Assembly (NCBI RefSeq): GCF_000175255.2 | Contig: NC_017262.1 | Coordinates: 930,001 to 962,000 of the forward strand | From: Zymomonas mobilis subsp. mobilis ATCC 10988 | Lineage (GTDB): Bacteria > Pseudomonadota > Alphaproteobacteria > Sphingomonadales > Sphingomonadaceae | DNA length: 32,000 nucleotides | Direction of reading: 5' to 3' | Shown: piece by piece, positions 1 through 10,874 of the stretch | Position numbering within the stretch: the first letter of the stretch is position 1 | Layout of the letters: every line of letters starts with the position of its first letter | Translations under genes and position numbers: made by a program | Notes under the pieces: model-generated | The model's database searches: none | The model's input: the letters and a program-made list of their open reading frames with translations, nothing else | What the model was told of the DNA's origin: nothing

Positions 1-167
1 TTGAAAGCCGTCATATCGTTTCAGTTTACAGGATGTAAAATAGACAATCGTGATTTTGGGCACTTTTTTTCAGATAAATGAATAAAAAATAATTATTTTT
101 CAAATATCAGCTTGACAAATGGTGATATTTTCGCCATTCAACCCCCTCAAATAAATTGCCTCCTTGT

Positions 168-254
168 GGACAGGTGGCCGAGTGGTTAAAGGCAGCAGAC
201 TGTAAATCTGCCGGGCTTCGCCCTACAATGGTTCGAATCCATTCCTGTCCACCA
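168..254 (+). tRNA. tRNA-Tyr (anticodon GTA), class II with a long variable arm and encoded CCA
   Basis: The acceptor stem GGACAGG (168-174) pairs with CCTGTCC (244-250). The anticodon loop is CT-GTA-AA within gcagaCTGTAAAtctgc. The T-arm is GGTTCGAATCC, followed by discriminator A and CCA at 252-254. A TTGACA hexamer at 112-117 is a possible -35 element. Confidence 0.95.
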
Positions 255-499
255 TCATTTACCCTTCCTTTGGTAAATGATTAGGCCAATTTATCTCTTA
301 TTCTAATCCTTAAAATTTCTAATAAAGTCTGGCCTAAACGGTCTAGATTGCTAGCTTAGTCGTGCAACTATCCTGAGCCTGTTTTTGGATATTTTTATTT
401 ACCGATACCCCTAGAGGATAAGAGTATCCTTAGTTGTTAGGCTTTTTATTCAGTAGCTGTCTTTTCGAAGTTATATTGGGCTTTGAATTTGAAGTGCGC

Positions 500-886
500 T
501 TAGTCTTTATAAGCCGATTGCAAAGCGGCGGTATCTTCGAAGATTTTGTAGGAGATAATAAGATTATTTTCTATTTTGCACACCAGCGCCCATTCCGATT
601 TGAATAATTTACCTGTCTTTTTGACTCTATGCTGCATGTAGCCATAGCCAAAAACATAATTTTCAGAGTCTGACCATTCGAAGCATTTGAAGTCTTCGGT
701 ATCGAATAATCCTGATAGAATAGATAAAAATTTTATGACACCTTCATGGCCGTTATAGCGGCCATAGATTGGGACATCGCTGGGGCCTTGGGCTTCGAAG
801 ACAGCATTTTCATGAACAAATTGCAATGCGCCTTGTATATCGCCTTTAAAAACATGGCTGAAGAATTTTTGAACAGGATTGCTCAT
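500..886 (-). CDS. SnoaL-like / NTF2-fold small protein (ketosteroid-isomerase-like superfamily), function unknown
   Basis: The ORF is 128 aa with an ATG start. Its size and alpha+beta cone pattern fit the family (N-terminal helix FFSHVFKGDIQGALQFVHENAVFE, then beta-rich WALVCKIENNLIISYKIFED). No enzymatic motif was recognised. Confidence 0.55.
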   Translation of the reverse strand: MSNPVQKFFSHVFKGDIQGALQFVHENAVFEAQGPSDVPIYGRYNGHEGVIKFLSILSGLFDTEDFKCFEWSDSENYVFGYGYMQHRVKKTGKLFKSEWALVCKIENNLIISYKIFEDTAALQSAYKD

Positions 887-925
887 GATGTTTCCTTTGT
901 CCCGTTATAGAAAAAATCTTATCGA

Positions 926-966
926 ATAAAAAAGACCCGCCTTTCTTGGAAGAAAAACGGGTCTCT
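926..966 (-). terminator. Rho-independent terminator downstream of the DegP-family gene
   Basis: The arms AGACCCG (933-939) and CGGGTCT (958-964) form a hairpin. On the minus strand the hairpin is followed by TTTTTAT (plus-strand ataaaaa at 926-932). Confidence 0.55.
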
Positions 967-978
967 TTATTAAAGATA

Positions 979-2640
979 TTATTTGTTTTTAGTCGGAGAC
1001 ATCAGCTTCAGTCCGGTGAAGAGCGGCGGATTATTACCACGCTGAACCAGAACAAGCACAGTATTGCGACCGGCGGCCTTTGTTGCATTGATAGCGGCGA
1101 CCGCATCCCCGATACTGGTTACCGGATGTTCATTCATAGACAGAATGACATCGCCACGGCGCAGACCTTTTTCTGCGGCATCGCTGGATTGATCGACATT
1201 CGATATCCAGAGGCCATGCGAATTCTGCGGAATGTTTAACCGGTTCGCTACTTCAGGAGTGACAGGCTCTAAGGTGATACCCAGTGCTGTCCGTGCTGAA
1301 TTGCGAGGGGTATTCTGGTTGCTGTCATCGTCGCTATCATCGTTATCTGGCACACCATTTGAAGCCAGTTGATCTTCTGGCGGGCGTTCTGCCAGAACCG
1401 CATAAAGCGTCATATGTTTGCCATTGCGGATAACTTCAATCGGAACTTTCGCACCGACGGGCTGGCTAGCCACCAGATAGCTAAGGGTATTATCTGGTGT
1501 AACGTCAATATTATTGACCTTAACCAGAACATCACCCTGACGAATACCGGCTTTAAATCCGGGGCCGCCGGGTTCTACCCGAACTACGATTTCACCGTGA
1601 TCTTTGGGTAAGCCTAGACCGGCTGCGATATCATCTGTCAGCACCTGTATGGCAATGCCCAGATAGCCATGACGGACTTTCTTGCCAGACCGCAATGTAT
1701 CAATCACAGGTTTGGCGATTTCTGCCGGAATCGCGAAACCAATACCGATATTGCCACCACTTGGCGCCCAAATCGCCGTGTTAATACCGATAACATTCCC
1801 GTTTACATCAAACATTGGCCCGCCGGAGTTGCCCTGATTGATGGCCGCATCCGTCTGGATGTAACGGTTATAAGGCCCTGAACCAACGCCACGATGCATA
1901 GCGGACACGATACCAGCGGTAACCGAGCCCCCAAAGCCAAAGGGATTACCGATCGCCAACACCCAATCGCCTACGCGGGTTCTGGTCGAATCCCCGAATT
2001 GGACGAAGGGAAGGGGTTTTGCTGATTCAATTTTGAGCAAAGCCAGATCTGATGCGGAATCCCGCCCGACAACACGGGCTTTATATTCGCCATGATCCGG
2101 TAAAGTAACCGTGATGGATTCGACAACAGCACTGGCCGTGCCTGATCCTTGCTTGTCTGGATCGCCTGCCGAAATAACATGGTTATTGGTCACAACAAAA
2201 CCATCCGGTGAGACGATGAAGCCGGAACCTAGTGACTGGGCTTCCCTTGTTATAGGGCGTCCGGTGTCTCCGCCGCCAAGTCCCCCGAACAGATCTGCGA
2301 AAGGGGTGCCAGCAAAAGGATTAGCGGGCGTTTGGATTTTTACCCTTTGTGTTGTCGAAATATTGACAACGGCTGGCTGTAATTTTTCAACAAGATCTGC
2401 AAAGCCGGGTATGGTTCCATTCTTTGAAACCGGTGCATGGATTGTTCCTGGCGCATTTTGGGCGACCTGTGCATCTACCGGCTGCTGGGTGACCATGGTG
2501 GCAGTGGCGCCGCCGATAAGTAAGGCGGCAGTAACGGCATAGGCGTAGCGCACTTTGGCAGACCTCCTGATTTTTTTCGGGGGTGTCACTGTCACTCCTT
2601 CGTTTAATTCATCATCGTTTTTGTTGGGTATGCTGGTCAC
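979..2640 (-). CDS. degP: Periplasmic serine endoprotease, DegP/HtrA (Do) family, with trypsin-like domain plus two PDZ domains
   Basis: The ORF is 553 aa. The catalytic triad context is TNNHV (His), SDLALLK (Asp) and GNSGGP (Ser). An N-terminal hydrophobic anchor/signal (AYAVTAALLIGGATA) is present, and two PDZ-like segments occur (GYLGI..., LGITLEPV...GLWISNV). The start is GTG at 2640, and internal GTG starts are possible. Confidence 0.9.
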   Translation of the reverse strand: MTSIPNKNDDELNEGVTVTPPKKIRRSAKVRYAYAVTAALLIGGATATMVTQQPVDAQVAQNAPGTIHAPVSKNGTIPGFADLVEKLQPAVVNISTTQRVKIQTPANPFAGTPFADLFGGLGGGDTGRPITREAQSLGSGFIVSPDGFVVTNNHVISAGDPDKQGSGTASAVVESITVTLPDHGEYKARVVGRDSASDLALLKIESAKPLPFVQFGDSTRTRVGDWVLAIGNPFGFGGSVTAGIVSAMHRGVGSGPYNRYIQTDAAINQGNSGGPMFDVNGNVIGINTAIWAPSGGNIGIGFAIPAEIAKPVIDTLRSGKKVRHGYLGIAIQVLTDDIAAGLGLPKDHGEIVVRVEPGGPGFKAGIRQGDVLVKVNNIDVTPDNTLSYLVASQPVGAKVPIEVIRNGKHMTLYAVLAERPPEDQLASNGVPDNDDSDDDSNQNTPRNSARTALGITLEPVTPEVANRLNIPQNSHGLWISNVDQSSDAAEKGLRRGDVILSMNEHPVTSIGDAVAAINATKAAGRNTVLVLVQRGNNPPLFTGLKLMSPTKNK

Positions 2641-3089
2641 GACTTAAATATTTTAAGCCATAGCATCCTTAAGATAGAGCTAAATATAGCATCCGATTAG
2701 CTGTTTTAATATAAGCGATGTTTATGAAAGCTCTAGTCAGAATAGGAAAATAATAGCTGAACCTTTTTTGAATGATATTTCAGATATTGGTCACTTTTTC
2801 CCAGAATTTTACAATTATTATAGAAAATAAAATCCCCTCTTCTTTAAAGAGATGCCATAGGGTAATTAAGATAATGACCAAACATTGAAATTTTAAGACA
2901 TCTATATCAGAGTGCAATAGGATTAAAAAAGATCTTGGGATTATTGCGGTTATTCCCTTTAAAAGAGCAGGATTTAGAATATATCATTCGCCTGAATTTA
3001 TGATGTTTGTGATATTTTCGGCAAGATTTTCTGAATTATCCAAGCTGAATCCAGATATATTCCTCTTTGTTTTCATTTCAGGTTGATTG

Positions 3090-4118
3090 ATGGCTGACCA
3101 AGACCGCAATGCCGCTTCTGAAGAAGCCTATCTTTTTGATAAAATACGTTCTGTGTCTGACCCTGTTTCTGGCCAGAGTCTGATTGAGTCTAAACGGCTT
3201 ATGGCTGCCGAATTAAAAGAGTCTAATGCCCGTTTTGTTATTCGAGCTAATGGTCTGACAGCAGAGCAGCGCGCCCTTCTTGAAAAACAAATATCCGATT
3301 TGTTGCAAGCAGATCCTTCTGTTGCCAAGACATATTTTACCTTTGTCTTAAGCAAGCCAAAACCGAAGATTATCGCGGTTGCAAGCGGCAAGGGCGGCGT
3401 CGGAAAGTCTACCTTGTCGGCGGCATTGGCTTTATTGTTGAAGCAAAAGGGACGGCGTGTTGGCTTGGTTGATGCTGATATTTATGGCCCGTCACAGGCG
3501 CTACTCATGGGCGCCAAACAACAATCTGTTGCGGCTGTCGGTGATCAGTTACGCCCAGTTGTAACCGCAGACGGGATCGCCATGCTTTCTATGGGGCAGA
3601 TTGCTGATCCTAATCAGGCTATTGCTTGGCGGGGTCCTAAAATTGCAGGCGCATTTAATCAGTTAATGGCGGCGGACTGGAGTGAATGTGATGTTTTGAT
3701 CGTGGATTTGCCCCCCGGAACCGGTGATATTCAGCTTTCCATGGTGAGAGAACATAAGCCGGATGGCGTTCTGATTATCTCGACCCCTCAAGATATGGCA
3801 TTGATTGACGCTAAAAGAGCGGTCGATCTGTTCCGAAAAACTGAAACCCCAATTATTGGCCTGATTGAAAATATGGCCGGTTATCAATGCCCTCATTGTG
3901 GTGAAATATCCGATCCTTTTGGTGCCGGAGGCGCTGAATTAGCGGCGGCAGATATGGGAATCGATTTTTGGGGATATATTCCCTTGGGTCTGAATATCCG
4001 TTTGGCAGCTGATTCCGGCCATCTCGGAGACTGTCTGAAAGACTCGGCAGAAGGCGCTGCTGCGGCCTTTTCTAAGATAGCAGAAAGACTCGGTGTCTGG
4101 GTTGATCAACAAGGGTAA
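3090..4118 (+). CDS. apbC: Mrp/ApbC/NBP35-family iron-sulfur cluster carrier ATPase
   Basis: The deviant Walker A is ASGKGGVGKST. The CPHC motif (YQCPHCGE) is typical of the Mrp family, and an N-terminal DUF59-like segment is present. The ORF track starts at TTG 3087, but ATG 3090 is the more likely start. Confidence 0.9.
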   Translation: MADQDRNAASEEAYLFDKIRSVSDPVSGQSLIESKRLMAAELKESNARFVIRANGLTAEQRALLEKQISDLLQADPSVAKTYFTFVLSKPKPKIIAVASGKGGVGKSTLSAALALLLKQKGRRVGLVDADIYGPSQALLMGAKQQSVAAVGDQLRPVVTADGIAMLSMGQIADPNQAIAWRGPKIAGAFNQLMAADWSECDVLIVDLPPGTGDIQLSMVREHKPDGVLIISTPQDMALIDAKRAVDLFRKTETPIIGLIENMAGYQCPHCGEISDPFGAGGAELAAADMGIDFWGYIPLGLNIRLAADSGHLGDCLKDSAEGAAAAFSKIAERLGVWVDQQG

Positions 4119-4244
4119 TAATTACGCTTTTCAAGGCTGAGACAAAATAACAGCGCTTTCCTTTAGAAAAAAATGCGCTCTCTTGTTTTTATCGGAAGTT
4201 TTTCGGGATTTTCTTGAAAAGTCTCTGATAATAGCCACTATTTT

Positions 4245-4287
4245 GGCAGAAGAGGTCTGAAACCTCTTTTGCCATTTTTGTTTTTTT
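4245..4287 (+). terminator. Strong rho-independent terminator, 127 nt downstream of apbC
   Basis: The arms GGCAGAAGAGGT (4245-4256) and ACCTCTTTTGCC (4262-4273) form a 12-bp stem with one G-U pair and loop CTGAA. The stem is followed by ATTTTTGTTTTTTT. Confidence 0.7.
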
Positions 4288-4551
4288 ATGCTTTATTTTA
4301 TCGATTTTTTTGAATTTTCGATTTGTGCTAATCGGTTAGCGCCACCTTGCATCCCATCCGCCCCCCTGCTAATTAAACTGCGGATCATAACTGGTGAAAA
4401 TGATTGAAAAGCCTTCGGGTTTCCATCTTTTATTCTCGCCGGTTTTGTATGCCTATGCGGCATATCCAGTGTGGCCCTATGTGCGCCCCGGTTGTTTCGA
4501 ACCGGGACGGAATACAGGGTGAGGCATCTATAATCTGGGGACGGCAGGCGC

Positions 4552-5106
4552 ATGGAAATATCCGGCAGCATTCAAGCAAGCCTTGGTGGCCGTTATGCCC
4601 TGGCACTTTTCGAGGTTGCACAGGAAAAAGGGCAGATCGACACGGTCGCTGCCAGTCTCGGCAAATTCGATGAAGCTTTTGCTCAAGCAAGAGAACTTCG
4701 TCTGCTTGCAAATAATCAAATCTTTTCCCGTAAACATGTTGAAAAAGCTATCGCGGCACTGGTTCCTGTGCTGGCGATTGATGATTTAACGGCAAAATTT
4801 CTGAATCTGTTGGCTGCTAAGGGGCGGCTGGGCGCTTTTCCTGAAATTGCGAGCGCCTATCGCCAATATGTAGCTGACCTTCGTTCTGAAAAGGTGGCCG
4901 ATGTTATTACGGCTCATCCTTTATCTGACGAACAAAAGTCGACGCTGACCGCTCGGCTTAAAGAACAGCTTAAGGCTGATGTGCAAATCAACGCAACGGT
5001 TGATCCTTCCATTCTTGGCGGGATGATTGTTCGTCTTGGTTCACGTCAGATTGACGGATCGATTCGGAGCAAGCTGCATATGCTTGCACAGGCGATGAAA
5101 GGGTGA
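4552..5106 (+). CDS. atpH: F1 ATP synthase subunit delta (OSCP)
   Basis: The ORF is 184 aa. The N-terminus [12 protein letters not shown] is typical of the delta/OSCP family, and the gene is first in an atpHAGDC order. Confidence 0.93.
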   Translation: MEISGSIQASLGGRYALALFEVAQEKGQIDTVAASLGKFDEAFAQARELRLLANNQIFSRKHVEKAIAALVPVLAIDDLTAKFLNLLAAKGRLGAFPEIASAYRQYVADLRSEKVADVITAHPLSDEQKSTLTARLKEQLKADVQINATVDPSILGGMIVRLGSRQIDGSIRSKLHMLAQAMKG

Positions 5107-5108
5107 AT

Positions 5109-6638
5109 ATGGAAATCCGCGCCGCAGAAATTTCAAAAGTCATCCGTGAACAGATCGAAGGCTTTGGTGCTGATGCCGAAGTCAGCGAAGTTGGTCGGGT
5201 GATTTCAGTGGGCGATGGTATCGCCCGCGTATATGGTCTCGATAAAGTCGAGGCCGGCGAAATGGTTACCTTCTCCAGTGGTGTTCAGGGGATGGCCCTC
5301 AACCTCGAGGCCGATAACGTCGGCGTCGTGATTTTTGGCTCCGATCTTGAAGTGGGTGAAGGCGATACGGTTCGCAGAACCGGTCAAATCGTTGACGTTC
5401 CGGTCGGACCGGAATTGTTAGGGCGCGTTGTTGATGCTCTGGGTAATCCGATCGACGGAAAAGGCCCCATCAACGCCAAATTACGGCGTCGTTCTGAAGA
5501 GATGGCTCCAGGTATCATCCCGCGTAAATCCGTTCACGAAGCCGTGCAGACGGGCATCAAAGCCCTTGACGCATTGGTTCCAGTTGGACGTGGTCAGCGT
5601 GAATTGATTATTGGTGACCGTCAGACCGGTAAAACCGCTATTGCTATTGACGCCTTTATTAACCAGAAACAGGTTAACAGCGGCAGCGACAATACCAAGA
5701 AGCTGTTTTGTATCTATGTTGCGATCGGGCAGAAACGTTCGACCGTTGCTCAGATTGTTCGTCAGCTCGAAGAAATGGGTGCCATGGAGTACTCAATCGT
5801 CGTAGCTGCTACGGCTTCTGAACCTGCTCCGCTTCAGTATCTGGTGCCGTATTCAGCCTGCTCTATGGGTGAATATTTCCGCGACAACAAACAGCACGCT
5901 TTGATCGTTTATGACGATCTTTCCAAGCAGGCTGTTGCTTATCGTCAGATGTCTTTGTTGCTGCGTCGTCCGCCAGGCCGTGAAGCTTATCCTGGTGACG
6001 TTTTCTATTTGCATTCGCGTTTGCTGGAACGCGCAGCAAAGATGAGCGACAAAATGGGTGCAGGTTCCTTGACCGCTTTGCCGATCATTGAAACTCAGGC
6101 CGGTGACGTTTCTGCCTATATTCCGACGAACGTGATTTCGATTACGGATGGTCAGATCTTCCTTGAAACCGATTTGTTCTATCAGGGTATTCGCCCTGCT
6201 ATTAACGTCGGTCTTTCCGTGAGCCGTGTGGGTTCTGCTGCGCAGACCAAGGCCATGAAAAAAGTTGCTGGTTCTATCAAGTTGGAATTGGCTCAGTATC
6301 GCGAAATGGCGGCCTTTGCTCAGTTCGGTTCTGACCTTGATGCGTCTACCCAGAAGTTGCTCAATCGTGGTAAACGTTTGACTGAACTTCTGAAGCAGCC
6401 GCAGTTCCATCCGATGCCATTTGAAGAGCAAGTTGTTTCCCTTTTCGCGGGTACGAACGGCTATATCGATGGTATCGAAGTTTCGGATGTTAACCGCTAT
6501 GAAGAAGCTATGCTGAGCTATATGCGCTCAAGCCATAACGACTTGCTGGCGACGATCCGTGAGACGGGCGACTTCTCTGACGAAACCAAGTCGAAGTTGA
6601 CGGCTGCGCTTGATAACTTTGCCAAAATTTTCGCCTAA
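5109..6638 (+). CDS. atpA: F1 ATP synthase subunit alpha
   Basis: The Walker A is GDRQTGKT. The alpha subunit sequence is highly conserved ([16 protein letters not shown]..., ...[17 protein letters not shown]). ATG 5109 follows AAAGGG. The track start GTG 5103 overlaps the atpH stop. Confidence 0.97.
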   Translation: MEIRAAEISKVIREQIEGFGADAEVSEVGRVISVGDGIARVYGLDKVEAGEMVTFSSGVQGMALNLEADNVGVVIFGSDLEVGEGDTVRRTGQIVDVPVGPELLGRVVDALGNPIDGKGPINAKLRRRSEEMAPGIIPRKSVHEAVQTGIKALDALVPVGRGQRELIIGDRQTGKTAIAIDAFINQKQVNSGSDNTKKLFCIYVAIGQKRSTVAQIVRQLEEMGAMEYSIVVAATASEPAPLQYLVPYSACSMGEYFRDNKQHALIVYDDLSKQAVAYRQMSLLLRRPPGREAYPGDVFYLHSRLLERAAKMSDKMGAGSLTALPIIETQAGDVSAYIPTNVISITDGQIFLETDLFYQGIRPAINVGLSVSRVGSAAQTKAMKKVAGSIKLELAQYREMAAFAQFGSDLDASTQKLLNRGKRLTELLKQPQFHPMPFEEQVVSLFAGTNGYIDGIEVSDVNRYEEAMLSYMRSSHNDLLATIRETGDFSDETKSKLTAALDNFAKIFA

Positions 6639-6671
6639 TTCTGATGTGTCAATGACAGGAGTGGGGACACT

Positions 6672-7568
6672 ATGCCCAGCCTGAAAAGTTTAAAAACGCG
6701 CGTCAGTTCGATTAAGTCGATCAGTAAGATCACTCGGGCTATGCAAATGGTGGCTTCTGCCAAGCTTCGGCGGGCAGAAAGTCGTCTTGCAGCAGCTCGT
6801 CCTTATGCAAAGCGAATGGCGCAAGTTATGTCGTTACTGGCTGCGAGAGCAGCCGGAACGCCTAATGCTTTGCCCTTGTTAAACGGGCGCGGCAAAGACC
6901 AGACGCATTTGTTGATTGTCACGTCTTCTGACGCCGGCTTATGCGGTGGTTTTAATTCCAATATTTACCGTCAGGCTCGGGATCGGGCTTTGGCGTTGGA
7001 AGCGGCGGGTAAAACCGTTCAATTCTATGTTATCGGTATTAAAAATGCGCCGGTAATTCGTAATAATTTCCCTGGCAAGACTATTCACGAAACTAAACGT
7101 GAAGAGACTTCGCCGGTTACTTTCGAAAATGCGCAGAAAATCGCTCAGGATTTAATCCAGCGTTTTAATGCGGGTGAATTTGACGTCGCCCATCTGTTCT
7201 TTTCGCATTATCACTCGGTGCTGTCACAAGTACCGACAGAAACGCAGATTATCCCTGCGGCACCTGAAGGTGATGATACGAAAAATCAGGCTGCAGCCAA
7301 TGATGCTTCTTCTGGTGCGATTGAATTCGAACCTGATGAAGAAACCATTTTGTCGACATTGCTGCCCCGTAGCATCGCCGTTGCCATTTATCAGGCTATG
7401 CTTGAAAATGCGACGTCCGAGCAGGGTAGTCGTATGTCGGCCATGGAAAATTCCACCCGTAATGCCGGTGAAATGATTTCCAAACTGTCTATTCAGTATA
7501 ACCGTTTGCGTCAGGCAGCGATTACGACTGAATTGGTCGAAATTATTTCGGGCGCAGAAGCGTTGTAA
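6672..7568 (+). CDS. atpG: F1 ATP synthase subunit gamma
   Basis: The N-terminus MPSLKSLKTRVSSIKSISKITRAMQMVASAKLRRAE and the C-terminus LRQAAITTELVEIISGAEAL are classic gamma termini. An AGGAG RBS lies upstream. Confidence 0.97.
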   Translation: MPSLKSLKTRVSSIKSISKITRAMQMVASAKLRRAESRLAAARPYAKRMAQVMSLLAARAAGTPNALPLLNGRGKDQTHLLIVTSSDAGLCGGFNSNIYRQARDRALALEAAGKTVQFYVIGIKNAPVIRNNFPGKTIHETKREETSPVTFENAQKIAQDLIQRFNAGEFDVAHLFFSHYHSVLSQVPTETQIIPAAPEGDDTKNQAAANDASSGAIEFEPDEETILSTLLPRSIAVAIYQAMLENATSEQGSRMSAMENSTRNAGEMISKLSIQYNRLRQAAITTELVEIISGAEAL

Positions 7569-7572
7569 TTAA

Positions 7573-9051
<1,479 letters not shown>

Positions 9052-9110
9052 TTGCTGAAAAATAAAACCGCCTCTTTCTGTATAGAAAGGGGCGGAGATA
9101 GTGAGGAAGA

Positions 9111-9377
9111 ATGGCTGAGCTTCATTATGAACTGGTAACACCTTCACGTCTTGCCCGTTCCGGCGATGCTTTTATGGTCGTTGTTCCCGGAACCGAGGGC
9201 GATCTTGGTGTTATGGCAGGTCATATGCCTACCATGACAGCTATCCGGGATGGCGAAGTGGCTATTTATAGCAGTGAACATCAGATCGAAACAAAGTTTC
9301 ATATTTCTGGTGGCTTTGCTGAAATCAACGAAAAAGGGCTGATTATCCTTGCAGAAGAAGCCAAAGAAGAAAACTAA
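9111..9377 (+). CDS. atpC: F1 ATP synthase subunit epsilon, short form with N-terminal beta-sandwich only
   Basis: The ORF is 88 aa with an AGGAAG RBS. The sequence aligns with the epsilon N-terminal domain (VVVPGTEGDLGVMAGHMP...). It ends with a TAA stop at 9375-9377, followed by a terminator, so no C-terminal helical hairpin is encoded. Confidence 0.9.
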   Translation: MAELHYELVTPSRLARSGDAFMVVVPGTEGDLGVMAGHMPTMTAIRDGEVAIYSSEHQIETKFHISGGFAEINEKGLIILAEEAKEEN

Positions 9378-9419
9378 TTCTATTAGCTGTCTTCTTTTCA
9401 GCCTAAATAAAAACAGATT

Positions 9420-9461
9420 GAGCGACTTTCGACCTATTCGATAGTCGCTCTTTGTGTTTTT
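9420..9461 (+). terminator. Rho-independent terminator of the atp operon
   Basis: The arms GAGCGACT (9420-9427) and AGTCGCTC (9443-9450) form a hairpin, followed by TTTGTGTTTTT. Confidence 0.7.
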
Positions 9462-9555
9462 ACTCAATATCGTATATTTTTTTAAGTATAAAAAATTTTC
9501 CATAGAAAAAATTAGTCTTACTTACTTGATTTTTTCTAAAAAAATTTATTCTTTA

Positions 9556-9583
9556 AATTCTTGTTACTATAGTAACAATAATC
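9556..9583. repeat. 28-bp imperfect palindrome with an 11-6-11 layout, containing a perfect 18-bp palindrome TTGTTACTATAGTAACAA (9561-9578)
   Basis: I read this directly from the sequence. The left arm is AATTCTTGTTA, the centre is CTATAG and the right arm is TAACAATAATC. The arms are reverse complements at 9 of 11 positions. The site lies in a ~15% GC spacer between convergent genes. Confidence 0.8.
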
Positions 9584-9776
9584 ATTTTTATTGAGATAAT
9601 TTTTAATTTATTTTTAATGTAATAAGATCAACATTTAAATAATAGAATTTGGTTATTTTGGCTACTGCTGTGAAAATTCTACAGTCGCCAGCTGTTAGGT
9701 GATTTTTAGACCGATGATTTAATCATTGGATTTTAGAGACTTGACTACCCTAAAACGGCTTTTGAATAAAAAGATT

Positions 9777-10613
9777 TTAAAGAAGTAGGGTCAAAGAAAA
9801 GATAGCGGCGCTTCCTGCTATAGATCCATTGCGCCCTAAACCTTTATCTGTAGATGACCACATAGATTTGAATTTTTTGTTATCAATATTGGTATCAGAC
9901 CACCAGACACCGACCTTCACATGCTTTACAAAAGTATAGTCTGCACCGATCTTCCAATCCCAATAGCCTCCTGTTGGGGATAGACTGGCAAAGTTAGGCC
10001 CAAAACCAGCATCTCCGCTTGTATGCCCGATATGGCCATGTAAGGCAGCGGCTGTGCGTGGAATAGCAAAATCGGTTTCACCATAGGCGTAGACATTGCT
10101 GTGATCGCCATGTTTGGAAAGAGAAACCGGATCATAACGTCCTAAGGCATGTTGGGGTGGGGCTACATTAAAGCCAAGTTTTCCTGTGAAAGGCCCGACA
10201 AGAGCGCTGGCGCTTCCGTAAATTTCAAAATAGTTGTTTTTTGTTCCGCCACCTCCGGCGGGGTAGATATAGCCAATTGCGCCACCGTCCATTGTAAATG
10301 CGCCGAGTGTATGGCGATAACCACCAAACACATCGATCTCCATTTTGCTGTCACCCATTTTCCCCCAGCCCGCCAAATTAGAGCTCCATGCTCCAACATA
10401 AAAACCGCTTTTATGGGCTACGGTAACAGTGCCTTGTACGGCTGGATGATTATTGCTGCGTGATAGACCTCGGAAACGATAATCCGAAAAAAGGCTGAGG
10501 CTGCCTGAAACAGTAAAAGAAGAAGAGGGCGGATCTGTAATGCCCGCATTGGCCGGTGAAAAGGCCGTGTTACAAGCCATTAGAAAACAGGAAGAAAAAA
10601 GCAGATTCCGCAT
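9777..10613 (-). CDS. Outer-membrane beta-barrel protein of the TIGR02001 (Gcw_chp) family
   Basis: The family-typical N-terminal motif is SDYRFRGLSRSNNHPAVQGTVTVAHKSGFYVGAWSSN, and the C-terminal strand is aromatic-rich. ATG 10613 gives the signal peptide MRNLLFSSCFLMACNTAFSPANA. The TTG start at 10652 in the track is less likely. Confidence 0.7.
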   Translation of the reverse strand: MRNLLFSSCFLMACNTAFSPANAGITDPPSSSFTVSGSLSLFSDYRFRGLSRSNNHPAVQGTVTVAHKSGFYVGAWSSNLAGWGKMGDSKMEIDVFGGYRHTLGAFTMDGGAIGYIYPAGGGGTKNNYFEIYGSASALVGPFTGKLGFNVAPPQHALGRYDPVSLSKHGDHSNVYAYGETDFAIPRTAAALHGHIGHTSGDAGFGPNFASLSPTGGYWDWKIGADYTFVKHVKVGVWWSDTNIDNKKFKSMWSSTDKGLGRNGSIAGSAAIFSLTLLL

Positions 10614-10874
10614 TAATAAATTTTCCGGATTGAAGGAAGAATAATCAAGCAATGCCGGCGAATATAACGGTAAACAGAGAGATGTCCTAAAAATAATATC
10701 TCTAGTGGTTCGGATTATCGAAATTTTTGTGTAAAAATGGAAGTCTAGTCGGACCTTTACCGCTGGGTCTTACACAGAAAAGATTTTGGTAGGAAGAAGA
10801 TAATATTGGATTTTGAGTGGCAAAAATTGGCGCAGTAGCCTGCTACCGCGCCAATTGGTCGTGTCTTCAGGAAA

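Noticed and set aside
255-499. A genomic island or integrase remnant downstream of tRNA-Tyr
   Set aside because: No integrase ORF is present, and I spotted no direct repeat of the tRNA 3' end in the window. The next genes are ordinary chromosomal genes.
4293-4789. A cluster of overlapping 68-93-aa ORFs on both strands around the atpH start
   Set aside because: The ORFs are mutually overlapping, Cys/Arg-rich and without RBSs. The region is better explained as non-coding leader plus the 5' end of atpH.
5853-6431. A 192-aa minus-strand ORF antisense to atpA
   Set aside because: The reasoning is the same as for the atpD antisense ORF. It has no RBS or motif support and is nested inside atpA.
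9556-9583. A dif (XerC/XerD) chromosome-resolution site
   Set aside because: The 11-6-11 geometry and the convergent-gene location fit. However, the conserved inner ATAA-N6-TTAT core of proteobacterial dif is absent, since the sequence here is GTTA-CTATAG-TAAC. I therefore do not call it dif.
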